A stretch of 64,000 nucleotides of DNA from NCBI GenBank assembly GCA_964436775.1, contig CAYTEN010000001.1, positions 27,261-91,260 on the forward strand. The letters run 5' to 3'. Each line of letters starts with the position of its first letter. Position 1 is the stretch's first letter. The notes beneath the pieces were generated by a model that was not told the DNA's origin, ran no database searches, and saw only the letters and a list, made by a program, of their open reading frames with translations. This document shows positions 1 through 9,687 of the stretch, piece after piece. The stretch comes from an uncultured Ignavibacterium sp. (GTDB lineage: Bacteria > Bacteroidota > Ignavibacteria > Ignavibacteriales > Ignavibacteriaceae). The position numbers and the translations under genes were made by a program.

Positions 1-2
1 GT

Positions 3-410
3 TACCAAGAAAAAAATACTCGGTTAGCCAATAAAATTGGATTATCAGAAGCTGAATTCAAGTGCCTGCGTCTATTTGGATCTGACAAAAGACTGAATAA
101 CACGAAAATTGCAAAGCGAATGAATCTAAGTGCGAGCAGATCTACAAGAATAATTGATGGACTCGTTGAAAAGGGATATATGTTTAGAGAACTTGATGGA
201 AAGGATTTGAGAGCTCTGAGTCTAACCTTATCCAGAAAAGGAAAATTATTTATTCGTAATTTAGATAAGTCTTATGTAGATATAAATTATAAGATTTTAA
301 AAAAGATTAAGATTTCAAAACGTAAGCCTTTAATGATTGCAATGGAAAAACTCAATTCAGCTTCTGAAAAGTGGCTGCATAAGCCTACGAAAGCTTTCAC
401 TCGCAAATGA
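3..410 (+). CDS. MarR-family winged-helix transcriptional regulator (5' end cut by window edge)
   Basis: Frame 3 is open from base 3 into listed ORF 120..410 with no stop codon. 'LSEAEFKCLRLFGSDKRLNNTKIAKRMNLSASRSTRIIDGLVEKGYMFRELDGKDLRALSLTLSRKGKLF' fits the MarR HTH-plus-wing pattern. Confidence 0.7.
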   Translation, partial: YQEKNTRLANKIGLSEAEFKCLRLFGSDKRLNNTKIAKRMNLSASRSTRIIDGLVEKGYMFRELDGKDLRALSLTLSRKGKLFIRNLDKSYVDINYKILKKIKISKRKPLMIAMEKLNSASEKWLHKPTKAFTRK

Positions 411-470
411 ATAGGATTAGCCTAAGTTGATTAACCTGCCTGTCCGTGAGTGTTACACGACTCGAGTAAG

Positions 471-564
471 TCATTTTGAAATCTACCACGGCGGATTCAA
501 CTGAGAAATCTGTTTTATTAAATCATCCAGATGTCTCTCCCGCTTAAAATCGGGGTCGAAATGA
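471..564. repeat. Palindromic GC-rich intergenic element, copy A (nested inverted repeats TCATTTTGA / GAGAAATCT / 17 nt / AGATGTCTC / TCGAAATGA)
   Basis: Outer arms 471..479 and 556..564, inner arms 503..511 and 529..537. Same architecture and same 17-nt central spacer as the element at 29022..29116. Confidence 0.5.
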
Positions 565-654
565 AAAGAATAACAGTTATGCAACAGACTATGTCCGGCA
601 GGCAGACTTAAAGCAATAGAGATTAATAAAAAAAGAACTAAATATTACTTGACT

Positions 655-1404
655 TTATTTCTTAAGAAATGGAGTCAGTAAATCAATAGGTACTGGAAAA
701 ATAGTTGTTGAATTTTTCTCGGATGCAACTTCTGTTAGAGTCTGCAAAAATCTTAATTGCAGAGCCATTGGCTGTCCTGAAATAACTTCGGCAGCATCTC
801 TCAGTTTCTGGCTTGCCTGAAATTCACCTTCAGCATGAATGATTTTTGCTCGCCTCTCTCTTTCTGCTTCTGCCTGTTTTGCCATCGATCGCTGCATCTC
901 AATTGGAAGATCAACGTGTTTTACTTCAACATTTGAAACTTTTATTCCCCACGGATCAGTATGGGTGTCTATAATTTTTTGGAGTATTTTATTAATTTTA
1001 TCTCGCTCTGAAAGTAATTCATCAAGCATTGATTGACCGAGAACGCTTCTAAGAGTTGTTTGAGAAAGTTGTGAAGTAGCGTTGAGATAATTTTCAACTT
1101 CAACTATTGCTTTGTTAGCATCTATAACCCGAAAATAAACAACTGCGTTAACTTTTAGTGAAACGTTATCTTTTGTGATAACATCCTGCGGTGGAACATC
1201 TAAAACTACAATTCTTAGACTAACTTTAATTAATCGATCGACAATGGGAATTAAAAAAATTAGTCCAGGTCCTTTTGTATCGATCAATCTTCCCAATCTG
1301 AATATAACTCCTCGTTCATATTCTTTTAATATTCTGATTGCATTGGCAAGAATGAAAATGACAAAGGCAATTATTATAACTAGAATCGTCATTGATGGTG
1401 GCAT
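655..1404 (-). CDS. SPFH/band-7 (stomatin-like) membrane protein
   Basis: N-terminal TM helix then '[13 protein letters not shown]...[14 protein letters not shown]...[14 protein letters not shown]...VVYFRV', typical of stomatin/prohibitin homologues. Lies directly downstream of nfeD, the known operon pairing. Confidence 0.9.
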   Translation of the reverse strand: MPPSMTILVIIIAFVIFILANAIRILKEYERGVIFRLGRLIDTKGPGLIFLIPIVDRLIKVSLRIVVLDVPPQDVITKDNVSLKVNAVVYFRVIDANKAIVEVENYLNATSQLSQTTLRSVLGQSMLDELLSERDKINKILQKIIDTHTDPWGIKVSNVEVKHVDLPIEMQRSMAKQAEAERERRAKIIHAEGEFQASQKLRDAAEVISGQPMALQLRFLQTLTEVASEKNSTTIFPVPIDLLTPFLKK

Positions 1405-1440
1405 AAAAATCTCCTTGTTTTAATTTATTATAAAATTATC

Positions 1441-2721
1441 CTAAACTTCGCTTACCATTAGTGTAAGATTAGAAATTCCTTCAACTTTTATTTTTTGTCC
1501 GGTCTTAATAGTTCCCGCTACACTTTTGGATTTCCATATTTCTCCATGCACTCTTACCTCTCCTTCAGGATCAAGATCTGATATAGCAACTCCTATTTCT
1601 CCGATAATTCCCTCGGCACCAGTTGTGGGTTTCCTTCTCTGAGCTTTAATCCCCAAAGTAATTGCAAATGTAAAAAACAAGATGGTGAGTACGACAACGG
1701 TAGCTATAATTTCCCAAGAGATTTTGAACACTTGTCCAAATGAATTAACATCAATTAACATAATCGATCCTAAAGTTAATGAGATAACTCCACCGATAGT
1801 TAGAATACCATGACTAACAATTTTAATTTCCAGTATAAATAAAATTACGGCAAAGACGATTAGTGCAAGGCCTGCATAATTGATGGGAAGTGTATGCATT
1901 GAATATAAAGCAAGAATAAGACAGAGGACTCCTATCACGCCGGGGAAAATTGCTCCAGGATTATAGAGCTCAAAAAACAATCCATAAATACCTAGCATAA
2001 ATAATACGTAAACAAGATTTGGGTCGCTGAGTATATTTAGAAGTATTTGAGAAAAGGTCATACCTAAATTAATTATTTCTGCATTCTTTGTATTAAGAAC
2101 AACTTTTCCTGATGACGTTTCAACTTCTTTACCATCAATCTTTTCTAAAAGATCTTCTACGTTGTTTGCTATTAAATCAATGACGTGCAATTTTAATGCT
2201 TCATTTTCGGTAATTGAAAGACTTTTTCTTACAGCGTCTTCACTCCATTGTATATCCCGATTTCTTTTTTCACTGATTGTTCTAATAAATGCCGCAGCAT
2301 CATTAGTTGCTTTTTCCATCATTATTGAATCTTGAGTTCCTTGCAATGTAACAGGATGTGCAGCGCCAATATTAGTTCCCGGAGCCATAGCTGCTATGTT
2401 TGCAGCAATAGTAACAAAAACACCTGCGGATGCAGCTTGCGAGCCAGATGGAGCTACGTAAACTATAACAGGAATTTTTGATTGCAGAATATCAGTAACT
2501 ATAACGCGTGTTGATTTTAATAGTCCACCGGGAGTGTTAAGTTTTATTATCAAGCATTCAGCCTTTTCCTGAGTGGCTTTTTCAATTCCACTGCGGATAT
2601 AATCTGCACTAGCTGGTTGAATGGTTCCATCAACGTTTATGATAACTACTTTTTTGGGCTGACCTAAAGATGAGATATTGAGGAGAGTTAAAACGGCAAA
2701 TATGTAAATGAATTTGCTCAT
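1441..2721 (-). CDS. nfeD: NfeD-family membrane-bound ClpP-class serine protease
   Basis: Signal peptide, ClpP-like domain ('LNTPGGL', 'PSGSQAASAGVF'), several TM helices, and a C-terminal OB-like NfeD domain ('GEVRVHGEIWKSKS'). Confidence 0.9.
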   Translation of the reverse strand: MSKFIYIFAVLTLLNISSLGQPKKVVIINVDGTIQPASADYIRSGIEKATQEKAECLIIKLNTPGGLLKSTRVIVTDILQSKIPVIVYVAPSGSQAASAGVFVTIAANIAAMAPGTNIGAAHPVTLQGTQDSIMMEKATNDAAAFIRTISEKRNRDIQWSEDAVRKSLSITENEALKLHVIDLIANNVEDLLEKIDGKEVETSSGKVVLNTKNAEIINLGMTFSQILLNILSDPNLVYVLFMLGIYGLFFELYNPGAIFPGVIGVLCLILALYSMHTLPINYAGLALIVFAVILFILEIKIVSHGILTIGGVISLTLGSIMLIDVNSFGQVFKISWEIIATVVVLTILFFTFAITLGIKAQRRKPTTGAEGIIGEIGVAISDLDPEGEVRVHGEIWKSKSVAGTIKTGQKIKVEGISNLTLMVSEV

Positions 2722-3299
2722 TGAGAACTCTTATAGTTTAATGCTATTCAAACGTATATAAAAAATCTCATTGAAGCAATTCCTTAAAAATTTTAAACAT
2801 CCTAAAATATAGTTAACTGAAGAATCTTTATACACAAATAAATTAATTGAAAATAATCAAAAAGCTCATCAGTTTTGTAAAAATTAAAAACCTTTTATTG
2901 ACTATTTAATATTATCGTTGCCCATAATAATTAACCAGTTAACCTGACCAGATATTTTAGAATACAGACTAAACTTTTCCATCTCGAGACATAATTTCAT
3001 TTTGAGTTATACACTATGCATAAAAAATGTCAAAATACAATGATTATTTGGTATATCTATTGTGTATTAAAGGAAAAATTAATGGTTCTAATGGAATTCG
3101 TAATAATTGCTGTTATAATATTTTTTATTAGTCTGGTTGTTATTTTATACCGTAAATCCAGAAAATCACGCGATGAAATGAACAAACTTTTTTTATAAGG
3201 TTATCTCCTAAAAGCTCTCACATACTTCATTTCCTTAACTTTTTATTGAATTCTGGCTTAAGCCTATATATATTTGACCTTGAACAAATCAGGTTTAGC

Positions 3300-4196
3300 A
3301 TGAAAGAAAAAGTAATCCTTCAAACAAATTTTCCTAAGTTAAAATTTTTTAAAAGAGGCAAAGTTAGGGACATTTATGATCTCGAAGATTATTTTTTGAT
3401 AATCTCCACTGATAGACTTTCGGCATTTGATGTGATTATGGCACAAGGAATTCCTTATAAGGGGAAAGTATTAACAAAAATATCCGAATTTTGGTTTGAC
3501 TATTCCAAAAGCATTATTAAAAATCATCTTGTAACAACTGATGTTAATAAATTTCCTAAAGTGTGTTTAGAATATGCTGAAGATTTATCGGGTAGAAGTA
3601 TGCTTGTAAAAAAAGCCGAAGTTGTTCCAATTGAAAGCGTGGTGCGTGGATATATAACAGGATCTGGATGGAATGATTACAAAAAAACTGGTGAGGTTTG
3701 CGGAATCAAGCTTCCAGCCGGAATGCTTGAATCAGAAAAATTTACAGAAACGCTTTTTACGCCAGCAACAAAAGCTGAGATAGGATTACACGATGAAAAT
3801 ATATCTGAAGCAAAAGCAAAAGAAATTGCCGGTATAGAAACAATTAGTTTTGTAAAGCAAAAATCGATAGAAGTATACAATAATGCTTTTAAATACGCTA
3901 AAGGTAAAGGAATTATTATTGCTGATACTAAAATGGAGTTTGGCAAAATTGGTAATGAGATAATTCTAATTGATGAATTGCTAACTCCAGATTCATCGAG
4001 GTTTTGGCCGTTAGATAAATATCAGAAAGGAAAATCTCAGGAAAGTTTTGATAAGCAATTTGTCCGTGATTATTTAATTTCAATAAAATTTAATAAACAG
4101 CCTCCACCTCCACCATTACCGGAAAATATAATTCGAAAGACTAGTGAAAAATATCTTGAAGCTCTGGAAATGGTGACCGGTGAAAGAATAAATTAA
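3300..4196 (+). CDS. purC: Phosphoribosylaminoimidazole-succinocarboxamide (SAICAR) synthase
   Basis: 'GKVRDIYD...LIISTDRLSAFD', 'VVRGYITGSGW', 'IIADTKMEFG', 'LIDELLTPDSSRFW' are canonical PurC motifs. ATG at 3300 is preferred over the listed TTG at 3246. Confidence 0.95.
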   Translation: MKEKVILQTNFPKLKFFKRGKVRDIYDLEDYFLIISTDRLSAFDVIMAQGIPYKGKVLTKISEFWFDYSKSIIKNHLVTTDVNKFPKVCLEYAEDLSGRSMLVKKAEVVPIESVVRGYITGSGWNDYKKTGEVCGIKLPAGMLESEKFTETLFTPATKAEIGLHDENISEAKAKEIAGIETISFVKQKSIEVYNNAFKYAKGKGIIIADTKMEFGKIGNEIILIDELLTPDSSRFWPLDKYQKGKSQESFDKQFVRDYLISIKFNKQPPPPPLPENIIRKTSEKYLEALEMVTGERIN

Positions 4197-4498
4197 TGCA
4201 TCCTGTAAAAATTCAAATTATTGAGAGTGCAATTCTTTCAATAGTTTGGGATGATGGTCGCAAAGATTTATTGGATCTGAATATGTTAAGAAAATTATGT
4301 CCCTGTGCAACTTGCATCACCGAAAGAGATAAACAGCATAAAATGTATATCCCAATTTTTGCTGATAATCAGATTACAATTAAAAACATTAATCAAGTAG
4401 GAAAGTATGCTATCCAAATTATCTGGAATGATGGGCACAGTACAGGTATTTATGAATATACGTTCCTTAGAAATTTATCAAAAAGAACTCATAGATAG
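4196..4498 (+). CDS. DUF971 (gamma-butyrobetaine hydroxylase-like N-terminal domain) protein
   Basis: 'LSIVWDDGRKDLLDLNMLRKLCPCATC' and 'IQIIWNDGHSTGIYEYTFL' match the DUF971 pattern. Start overlaps the purC stop. Confidence 0.75.
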   Translation: MHPVKIQIIESAILSIVWDDGRKDLLDLNMLRKLCPCATCITERDKQHKMYIPIFADNQITIKNINQVGKYAIQIIWNDGHSTGIYEYTFLRNLSKRTHR

Positions 4499-4503
4499 GA
4501 AAT

Positions 4504-5109
4504 ATGGTACTCCCAAATCAATTAACGGTATTGCGAATTATTCTAACACCGGTATTTCTGTATCTATTTTTATCGAGTGACCCGCTTCTGATTCAAATTT
4601 CATTGGGAATTTTTTTGATTGCAGCATTAACTGATTGGTATGATGGATGGCTTGCAAGAAAATTTAATTACATAACCAATTGGGGAAAATTTTGGGATCC
4701 TCTTGCTGATAAAATTTTAACATCAACAGCTTTTCTCGGTTTTGTATTTGTTGGTTTACTTCCATTGTGGATGGTTCTATTGATTATAATCAGAGATTTA
4801 CTTATTACTTTGTTAAGAGCTTTTGCAGATAGTCGTGGTTATAATTTTGTAACGAGTTATTATGCTAAATGGAAAACTTTATTACAAATGATTTTTCTTT
4901 ATTATCTTCTGATTGTTTATGTGGGTGCTAAAACATCGGTAATTTATATCGGTAGTGAAAAAGTTTTTGGATATTTGCTCAGTGAAGACCTAATCTATAT
5001 TGTAATGCTAACAATCACTGTTATAACTGTTCACTCCGGTATTACTTATTTATTAAAAAACAAAAATTTAATAAACAAACTATTTAATGAAACAAATAAA
5101 CTTGTTTGA
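4504..5109 (+). CDS. pgsA: CDP-diacylglycerol--glycerol-3-phosphate 3-phosphatidyltransferase
   Basis: CDP-alcohol phosphatidyltransferase motif 'DWYDGWLARKFNYITNWGKFWDPLADK'. Polytopic membrane protein. Confidence 0.9.
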   Translation: MVLPNQLTVLRIILTPVFLYLFLSSDPLLIQISLGIFLIAALTDWYDGWLARKFNYITNWGKFWDPLADKILTSTAFLGFVFVGLLPLWMVLLIIIRDLLITLLRAFADSRGYNFVTSYYAKWKTLLQMIFLYYLLIVYVGAKTSVIYIGSEKVFGYLLSEDLIYIVMLTITVITVHSGITYLLKNKNLINKLFNETNKLV

Positions 5110-5548
5110 AAAAATTATTGGTTCTGCCTTTTTTACAGGCTATATTCCTTTTGCTTCGGGAACATTTGGAAGTATAATAGCTTTAATAATTTATTTTATT
5201 CCTGGATTTGAAAAAATATGGATAATTATTCCAGCTATTATAATATTATTTGCTTATGGTGTTTATGTCTCTTTCAAGTTTGAGAATAATTATGGTAAGG
5301 ATCCTGCAGAATGCACAGTTGATGAAGTTGTTGGAACCTGGATTGCTTTAATTACTTTACCAAAAACTATTTTGATTACTTTAACTTCCTTTTTTATTTG
5401 GAGAATTTTAGATATAATAAAACCTTTTCCCGCCGGAACTTCAGAAAAATTAGCGGGTGGTTGGGGTATAATGGTGGATGATGTAATTGCTGGAATTTAC
5501 ACTCTAATTATTGTTCATTTAATTGTTTATTTATTTGGAGTTTATTAA
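5087..5548 (+). CDS. pgpA: Phosphatidylglycerophosphatase A
   Basis: 'DPAECTVDEVVGTW', 'WRILDIIKPFP' and 'GGWGIMVDDVIAGIY' are PgpA family motifs. Overlaps the pgsA end by 23 nt. Confidence 0.9.
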   Translation: MKQINLFEKIIGSAFFTGYIPFASGTFGSIIALIIYFIPGFEKIWIIIPAIIILFAYGVYVSFKFENNYGKDPAECTVDEVVGTWIALITLPKTILITLTSFFIWRILDIIKPFPAGTSEKLAGGWGIMVDDVIAGIYTLIIVHLIVYLFGVY

Positions 5549-5551
5549 AAA

Positions 5552-6808
5552 ATGAAAGCTTATTTACTTTCGATTGGCGACGAATTACTAATTGGCCAAA
5601 CAATTAACACAAATGTTGCTTACATAGGGAAGCTGGTTTCGGATATAAATATGTCGATTGAAAAATCAAGTGTAATTGGGGACGATCTTGAAACTATCAT
5701 TGAAGAATTAGATTATGCTTTTGCTAAAGGCGATATTATTTTTCTTACTGGTGGCCTTGGCCCAACTCACGATGATGTAACTCGTGCGGCAATTGTTGAT
5801 TACTTTAAAACTAAATTAGTTTTAAATGATGATGTGCTCGAAAATATAAAAAGTATGTTAGACCAAAGGGGAAGGAAATTAACCGAAACCCATAAAGATC
5901 AAGCAATGGTTCCGGAAATTGCAGAAGTTATAAGAAATGAAAATGGTACCGCTCCTGGTTATTGGATTGAGTGGAACAAAAAGATATTAATAGTTATGCC
6001 TGGAGTGCCATATGAGATGAAAGCAATGATGGACAATTTTATCATTCCAAAATTAGTTGATAAGATTGGTGAGCCAAGTGAATACATTAATAAACTAACT
6101 TTGCAAACAACTGGAATTCCTGAATCTCTTTTATCTGAAAAAATGGGTGATTTAAAAGAATTGTTACAAGGCGCAGAGCTTGCGTTTTTACCAAATGAGT
6201 ATGGAGTAAGGTTACGTATTACCGTTAAATCTTCAGAATTAGAAAAGGCTAAAGACTTATTATTAGAAATTGAGCAGAAGATAAGAGCTAAAATTGGTAG
6301 ATATATTTATGGACGAGACGATGAAACTTTAGAAGAGGTAATCGGACGATTATTAAAGGAAAGAGAGCTGAGAATTGCTGTTGCAGAATCCTGCACTGGT
6401 GGAGGTTTAAGCGATAGAATTACAAATGTTAATGGAAGCAGTAGTTATTTTGAGAGAGGTGTAGTGACTTACAGCAACGCGGCAAAAGTAGAATTATTGA
6501 AAGTTAATGAAGATATCATCGCAAAAGAAGGAGCCGTATCGCAGGAAGTTGCTATGCAAATGGCTGAAGGTGTGAAATCAATAAGCGGTGTAGATATTGG
6601 GATTTCACTAACGGGAATAATGGGTCCGACTGGGGCATCAACAAACAAACCAGTTGGAACAGTTTTTATTGGGTATTGTGATAATAAAGTTTGTACTGCA
6701 AAAAGATTTCAGTTTGGTGATGATAGAATTTTAAATAAGCATAGATCAACGCAAGCAGCATTAGAAATTTTAAGAAGAAATATACTCGGAATTCCGATTA
6801 ATGAGTAG
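5552..6808 (+). CDS. cinA: CinA family protein (MoCF-like N-domain + nicotinamide-nucleotide amidohydrolase PncC domain)
   Basis: 'IGDELLIGQTINTN', 'TGGLGPTHDDVTR', 'IAVAESCTGG', 'GISLTGIMGPTG'. Confidence 0.9.
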   Translation: MKAYLLSIGDELLIGQTINTNVAYIGKLVSDINMSIEKSSVIGDDLETIIEELDYAFAKGDIIFLTGGLGPTHDDVTRAAIVDYFKTKLVLNDDVLENIKSMLDQRGRKLTETHKDQAMVPEIAEVIRNENGTAPGYWIEWNKKILIVMPGVPYEMKAMMDNFIIPKLVDKIGEPSEYINKLTLQTTGIPESLLSEKMGDLKELLQGAELAFLPNEYGVRLRITVKSSELEKAKDLLLEIEQKIRAKIGRYIYGRDDETLEEVIGRLLKERELRIAVAESCTGGGLSDRITNVNGSSSYFERGVVTYSNAAKVELLKVNEDIIAKEGAVSQEVAMQMAEGVKSISGVDIGISLTGIMGPTGASTNKPVGTVFIGYCDNKVCTAKRFQFGDDRILNKHRSTQAALEILRRNILGIPINE

Positions 6809-7352
6809 ATTGTTTGTCGCACTTAATATGCATGAAACTGTTAAGTCTAAGTTAATCGAATTAAGAGATTCAGTTGCAGGGTCAAATTTTAAATGGGAAG
6901 CTAGAGAAAAACTACACTTAACACTAAAATTTATTGGAGATGTTCCGGAAGTGAATTTAATTCCTATCAAATCTGAATTAGATTTTCTACACAATTTTGA
7001 TCTTGTAAAATGTTCTATTATCAATTTTGGATTCTTTTTTAGAGATAAAAAGCCATCAATATTGTGGGCAGGGTTAAATATTGAAAAATCTATCTTTAAA
7101 ATTATTGAAAATATTGATTTAAAATTGGAAAAATTTTCTGTTAAAAAAGAAAGTAGAAAGTTTAGTCCACATTTAACATTGTTAAGAATAAAAAAAGATC
7201 CAGGAATTAACTTTGTTAACAGTTTCAAAAATTTTACATTTGAACCATTAAATTTTACTGCGAATACAATTTCACTTTTTAGAAGTGAATTACATCCGAG
7301 TGGATCAAAATATTTTGAAATCAAAAATTATAAACTTAAAGAATTGGAGTAA
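6801..7352 (+). CDS. thpR: RNA 2',3'-cyclic phosphodiesterase (2H family, LigT/ThpR)
   Basis: Two H-x-T-x motifs, 'HLTLKFIG' and 'HLTLLRI', at the spacing expected for 2H phosphoesterases. Confidence 0.85.
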   Translation: MSRLFVALNMHETVKSKLIELRDSVAGSNFKWEAREKLHLTLKFIGDVPEVNLIPIKSELDFLHNFDLVKCSIINFGFFFRDKKPSILWAGLNIEKSIFKIIENIDLKLEKFSVKKESRKFSPHLTLLRIKKDPGINFVNSFKNFTFEPLNFTANTISLFRSELHPSGSKYFEIKNYKLKELE

Positions 7353-8413
7353 TGATGGCTACCGATAGGGAACAAAAACTTAAAATAATTGATGAGGCAA
7401 TTGCCGGCATAGAAAAAACTTATGGTAAAGGCGCAATAATGAAACTTGGTGACGGTATTGTAAATGATATCGAGGCTATTCCAACTGGTGCTCTATCGTT
7501 AGATATTGCCCTTGGCATTGGCGGTATTCCGCGAGGAAGAGTAATTGAGATTTATGGACCTGAGTCAAGCGGTAAAACGACTCTATGTCTTCACATAATT
7601 GCGGAAGCACAAAAATTGGGTGGACTTGCTGCATTTATTGATGCTGAGCACGCACTTGATGTTAACTACGCAAAGAAATTAGGTGTTGATACACCTAACC
7701 TGCTTATTTCTCAACCTGATTTTGGTGAACAAGCGTTAGAGATCACTGATACGCTTGTTAGGAGTAATGCACTGGATGTTATTGTAATCGATTCAGTTGC
7801 TGCACTAGTACCGCGCTCTGAAATTGAGGGTGAAATGGGCGATGCAACTATGGCAGTGCAGGCTAGATTGATGTCTCAGGCTCTGAGAAAACTTACTGGT
7901 GCTATTTCTAAATCTAAAACCTCTGTTATTTTCATTAATCAATTAAGAAGCAAAATTGGAGTGATGTTTGGAAATCCTGAAACTACCACCGGTGGTAACG
8001 CACTTAAGTTTTATGCTTCTGTTAGAATTGATATAAGAAGAATTGCAGCTATTAAAGATGGTGAAAATGTAGTAGGCAATAGGACAAGAGTTAAAATAGT
8101 TAAAAGTAAAGTTGCTCCTCCATTTAAGCAAACGGAGATTGATATTATGTATAATGAAGGCATAAGCAAAACAGGTGATTTGGTTGATATGGCAACAGAA
8201 CTGGGAATTGTTAAAAAAGGTGGTGCATGGTTTACTTATGGTGAAGATAGAATTCAAGGAAGAGAACAGTTTAAACAGAAACTAATTGAGTTTCCTGAAA
8301 TGTGCAAGAGTCTTGAAATAGATATAAAAACCAAGCTTGGGCTACCAGGATTTAAAAATGAGTCGGTTGTAGAAGCAAAATCGGAAGAAAAACCTAAAGG
8401 AAAGAAAAAGTAA
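7352..8413 (+). CDS. recA: Recombinase RecA
   Basis: '[10 protein letters not shown]' Walker A, 'FIDAEHALD', '[10 protein letters not shown]' and '[37 protein letters not shown]' are near-canonical RecA. Confidence 0.98.
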   Translation: MMATDREQKLKIIDEAIAGIEKTYGKGAIMKLGDGIVNDIEAIPTGALSLDIALGIGGIPRGRVIEIYGPESSGKTTLCLHIIAEAQKLGGLAAFIDAEHALDVNYAKKLGVDTPNLLISQPDFGEQALEITDTLVRSNALDVIVIDSVAALVPRSEIEGEMGDATMAVQARLMSQALRKLTGAISKSKTSVIFINQLRSKIGVMFGNPETTTGGNALKFYASVRIDIRRIAAIKDGENVVGNRTRVKIVKSKVAPPFKQTEIDIMYNEGISKTGDLVDMATELGIVKKGGAWFTYGEDRIQGREQFKQKLIEFPEMCKSLEIDIKTKLGLPGFKNESVVEAKSEEKPKGKKK

Positions 8414-8430
8414 ACAGTATTGAATGATAG

Positions 8431-9066
8431 ATGAAAATTGAACGAGTAAGTAGAAAAGATGAAAAGAATGTAAGTGTTTATTTCGATAACGATGAAAAAC
8501 TGATATTATCTGAAGATGTATTTTATCAAAGCGGTCTAAGGAAAGGCGATGAGGTTTCCAATGACCGCTTTTCTTTATTTGTTGAACAAAATATTATTTA
8601 TTATATCAAGCAAAGAGCGTTATCTTTTCTTTCAAGAAGATTTCATTCTGAAAGAGAGTTACTGATAAAATTAAAAAATAAATCTTATGATGAAAAATTA
8701 ATTAAAACAGTTTTAACCGATTTAACAGATAAAGGATTTATTGATGATCGGGTTTTTACAAAACATTTTGTTGAAGAAAAATTAAATAAAAAAAGATGGG
8801 GGAAAAACAAAATTAAAGCAGCTCTTTTCAGCAAAGGGGTTAGCGGTTCAATCATTGATGAGACACTCCTAAATTTTAAAGACCATAGTACTGAACTTGA
8901 TTTAGCTTTGGTATCAGCTGAAAAAAAAATTATTCAGTTAAAGAAGCGAAACATTAATCCCAAAAAATATAGACAAAAAATTACCGCGTTTTTAATATCT
9001 CGTGGATTTGATTTTGATACGTGTCATGAAGTTTGTGAAAAAATTATAAAGTCTGAATCTAATTAA
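8431..9066 (+). CDS. recX: Recombination regulator RecX
   Basis: Position directly after recA. Helical repeat protein with 'ALSFLSRRFHSERELLIKL' and 'GFIDDRVF', typical of RecX. Confidence 0.85.
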   Translation: MKIERVSRKDEKNVSVYFDNDEKLILSEDVFYQSGLRKGDEVSNDRFSLFVEQNIIYYIKQRALSFLSRRFHSERELLIKLKNKSYDEKLIKTVLTDLTDKGFIDDRVFTKHFVEEKLNKKRWGKNKIKAALFSKGVSGSIIDETLLNFKDHSTELDLALVSAEKKIIQLKKRNINPKKYRQKITAFLISRGFDFDTCHEVCEKIIKSESN

Positions 9067-9493
9067 CCGGTTTAATCTTTTCCTTAAGTTTGGTCAAAAA
9101 CGGTTTTAAATCTGTAAGAGTTATTTTTTCGGATGCATCATTTAAGTTAAACCATTTTCGTTTTCGTAAATTCTTTTCGGGATAATCTTGTAATTCTTCT
9201 GATACTTCCATCGAAAATACTCGTATTAAAGATTTCCCATTTTTCTTTTGCAATTTGAATGAGCCAAGTTCTACAGTTTCATTTTCTCCAATTACACCGG
9301 CTTCTTCAAAAGCTTCTTTCTTTGCTGATTCAAATGCTGAAAAGTTAAATTCAATAAAACCCTTTGGAAATATCCATTTTTTCTTTCGTATCGAGGTGAT
9401 TAGCAAAACCTCTAATTCACCTTGATTAATACGGTAGGGAATTACACATGATTGATTAAACTCATTTTCTAATTCTTTTATCTCTTCCATCAA
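9059..9493 (-). CDS. NUDIX hydrolase
   Basis: Nudix box-like 'PKGFIEFNFSAFESAKKEAFEEAGV'. Converges on recX with an 8-nt overlap. Confidence 0.8.
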   Translation of the reverse strand: MMEEIKELENEFNQSCVIPYRINQGELEVLLITSIRKKKWIFPKGFIEFNFSAFESAKKEAFEEAGVIGENETVELGSFKLQKKNGKSLIRVFSMEVSEELQDYPEKNLRKRKWFNLNDASEKITLTDLKPFLTKLKEKIKPVN

Positions 9494-9687
9494 AATGATA
9501 TTTGAAATTAAATATTTTTAATAAAAATCTTTTTCCGTTTTAAAATAGTTTATTATTACAATAGATAAAAATATTATTGGAGAATAATAACTGGAGATAT
9601 ATCAAGAGTAGATTAACTAATAAATTCTCATTGTAATTATATTTTTCTATATTTAATTTTTATATGTAAGAATAACAGGAATCCTAA

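Noticed and set aside
3016-3198. 60-aa ORF in the 580-nt AT-rich gap upstream of purC; from an internal Met it encodes a single TM helix plus basic tail (MEFVIIAVIIFFISLVVILYRKSRKSRDEMNKLFL)
   Set aside because: It could be a genuine small membrane protein, but hydrophobic I/F/V/L runs arise easily in AT-rich DNA. There is no RBS or conservation evidence available, so it is not reported as a feature.
2722-3299. Looked for a purine riboswitch or other leader upstream of purC
   Set aside because: No conserved purine-riboswitch core or convincing GC-supported helices. The region is plain AT-rich spacer.
6770-7324. 184-aa ORF on the minus strand, long for an AT-rich genome
   Set aside because: It lies entirely antisense to thpR, whose two HxTx motifs make the + strand gene real. 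The translation is low-complexity (S/N/F/K/L-rich) with no recognisable motif, typical of a shadow ORF opposite a K/E/N/F-rich gene.
9618-9630. 14-nt identical string TAATAAATTCTCA also present at 27368..27380 (both in intergenic promoter regions)
   Set aside because: In a 64-kb AT-rich window, many exact 14-mers of this composition are expected by chance, and there is no extended similarity around them.
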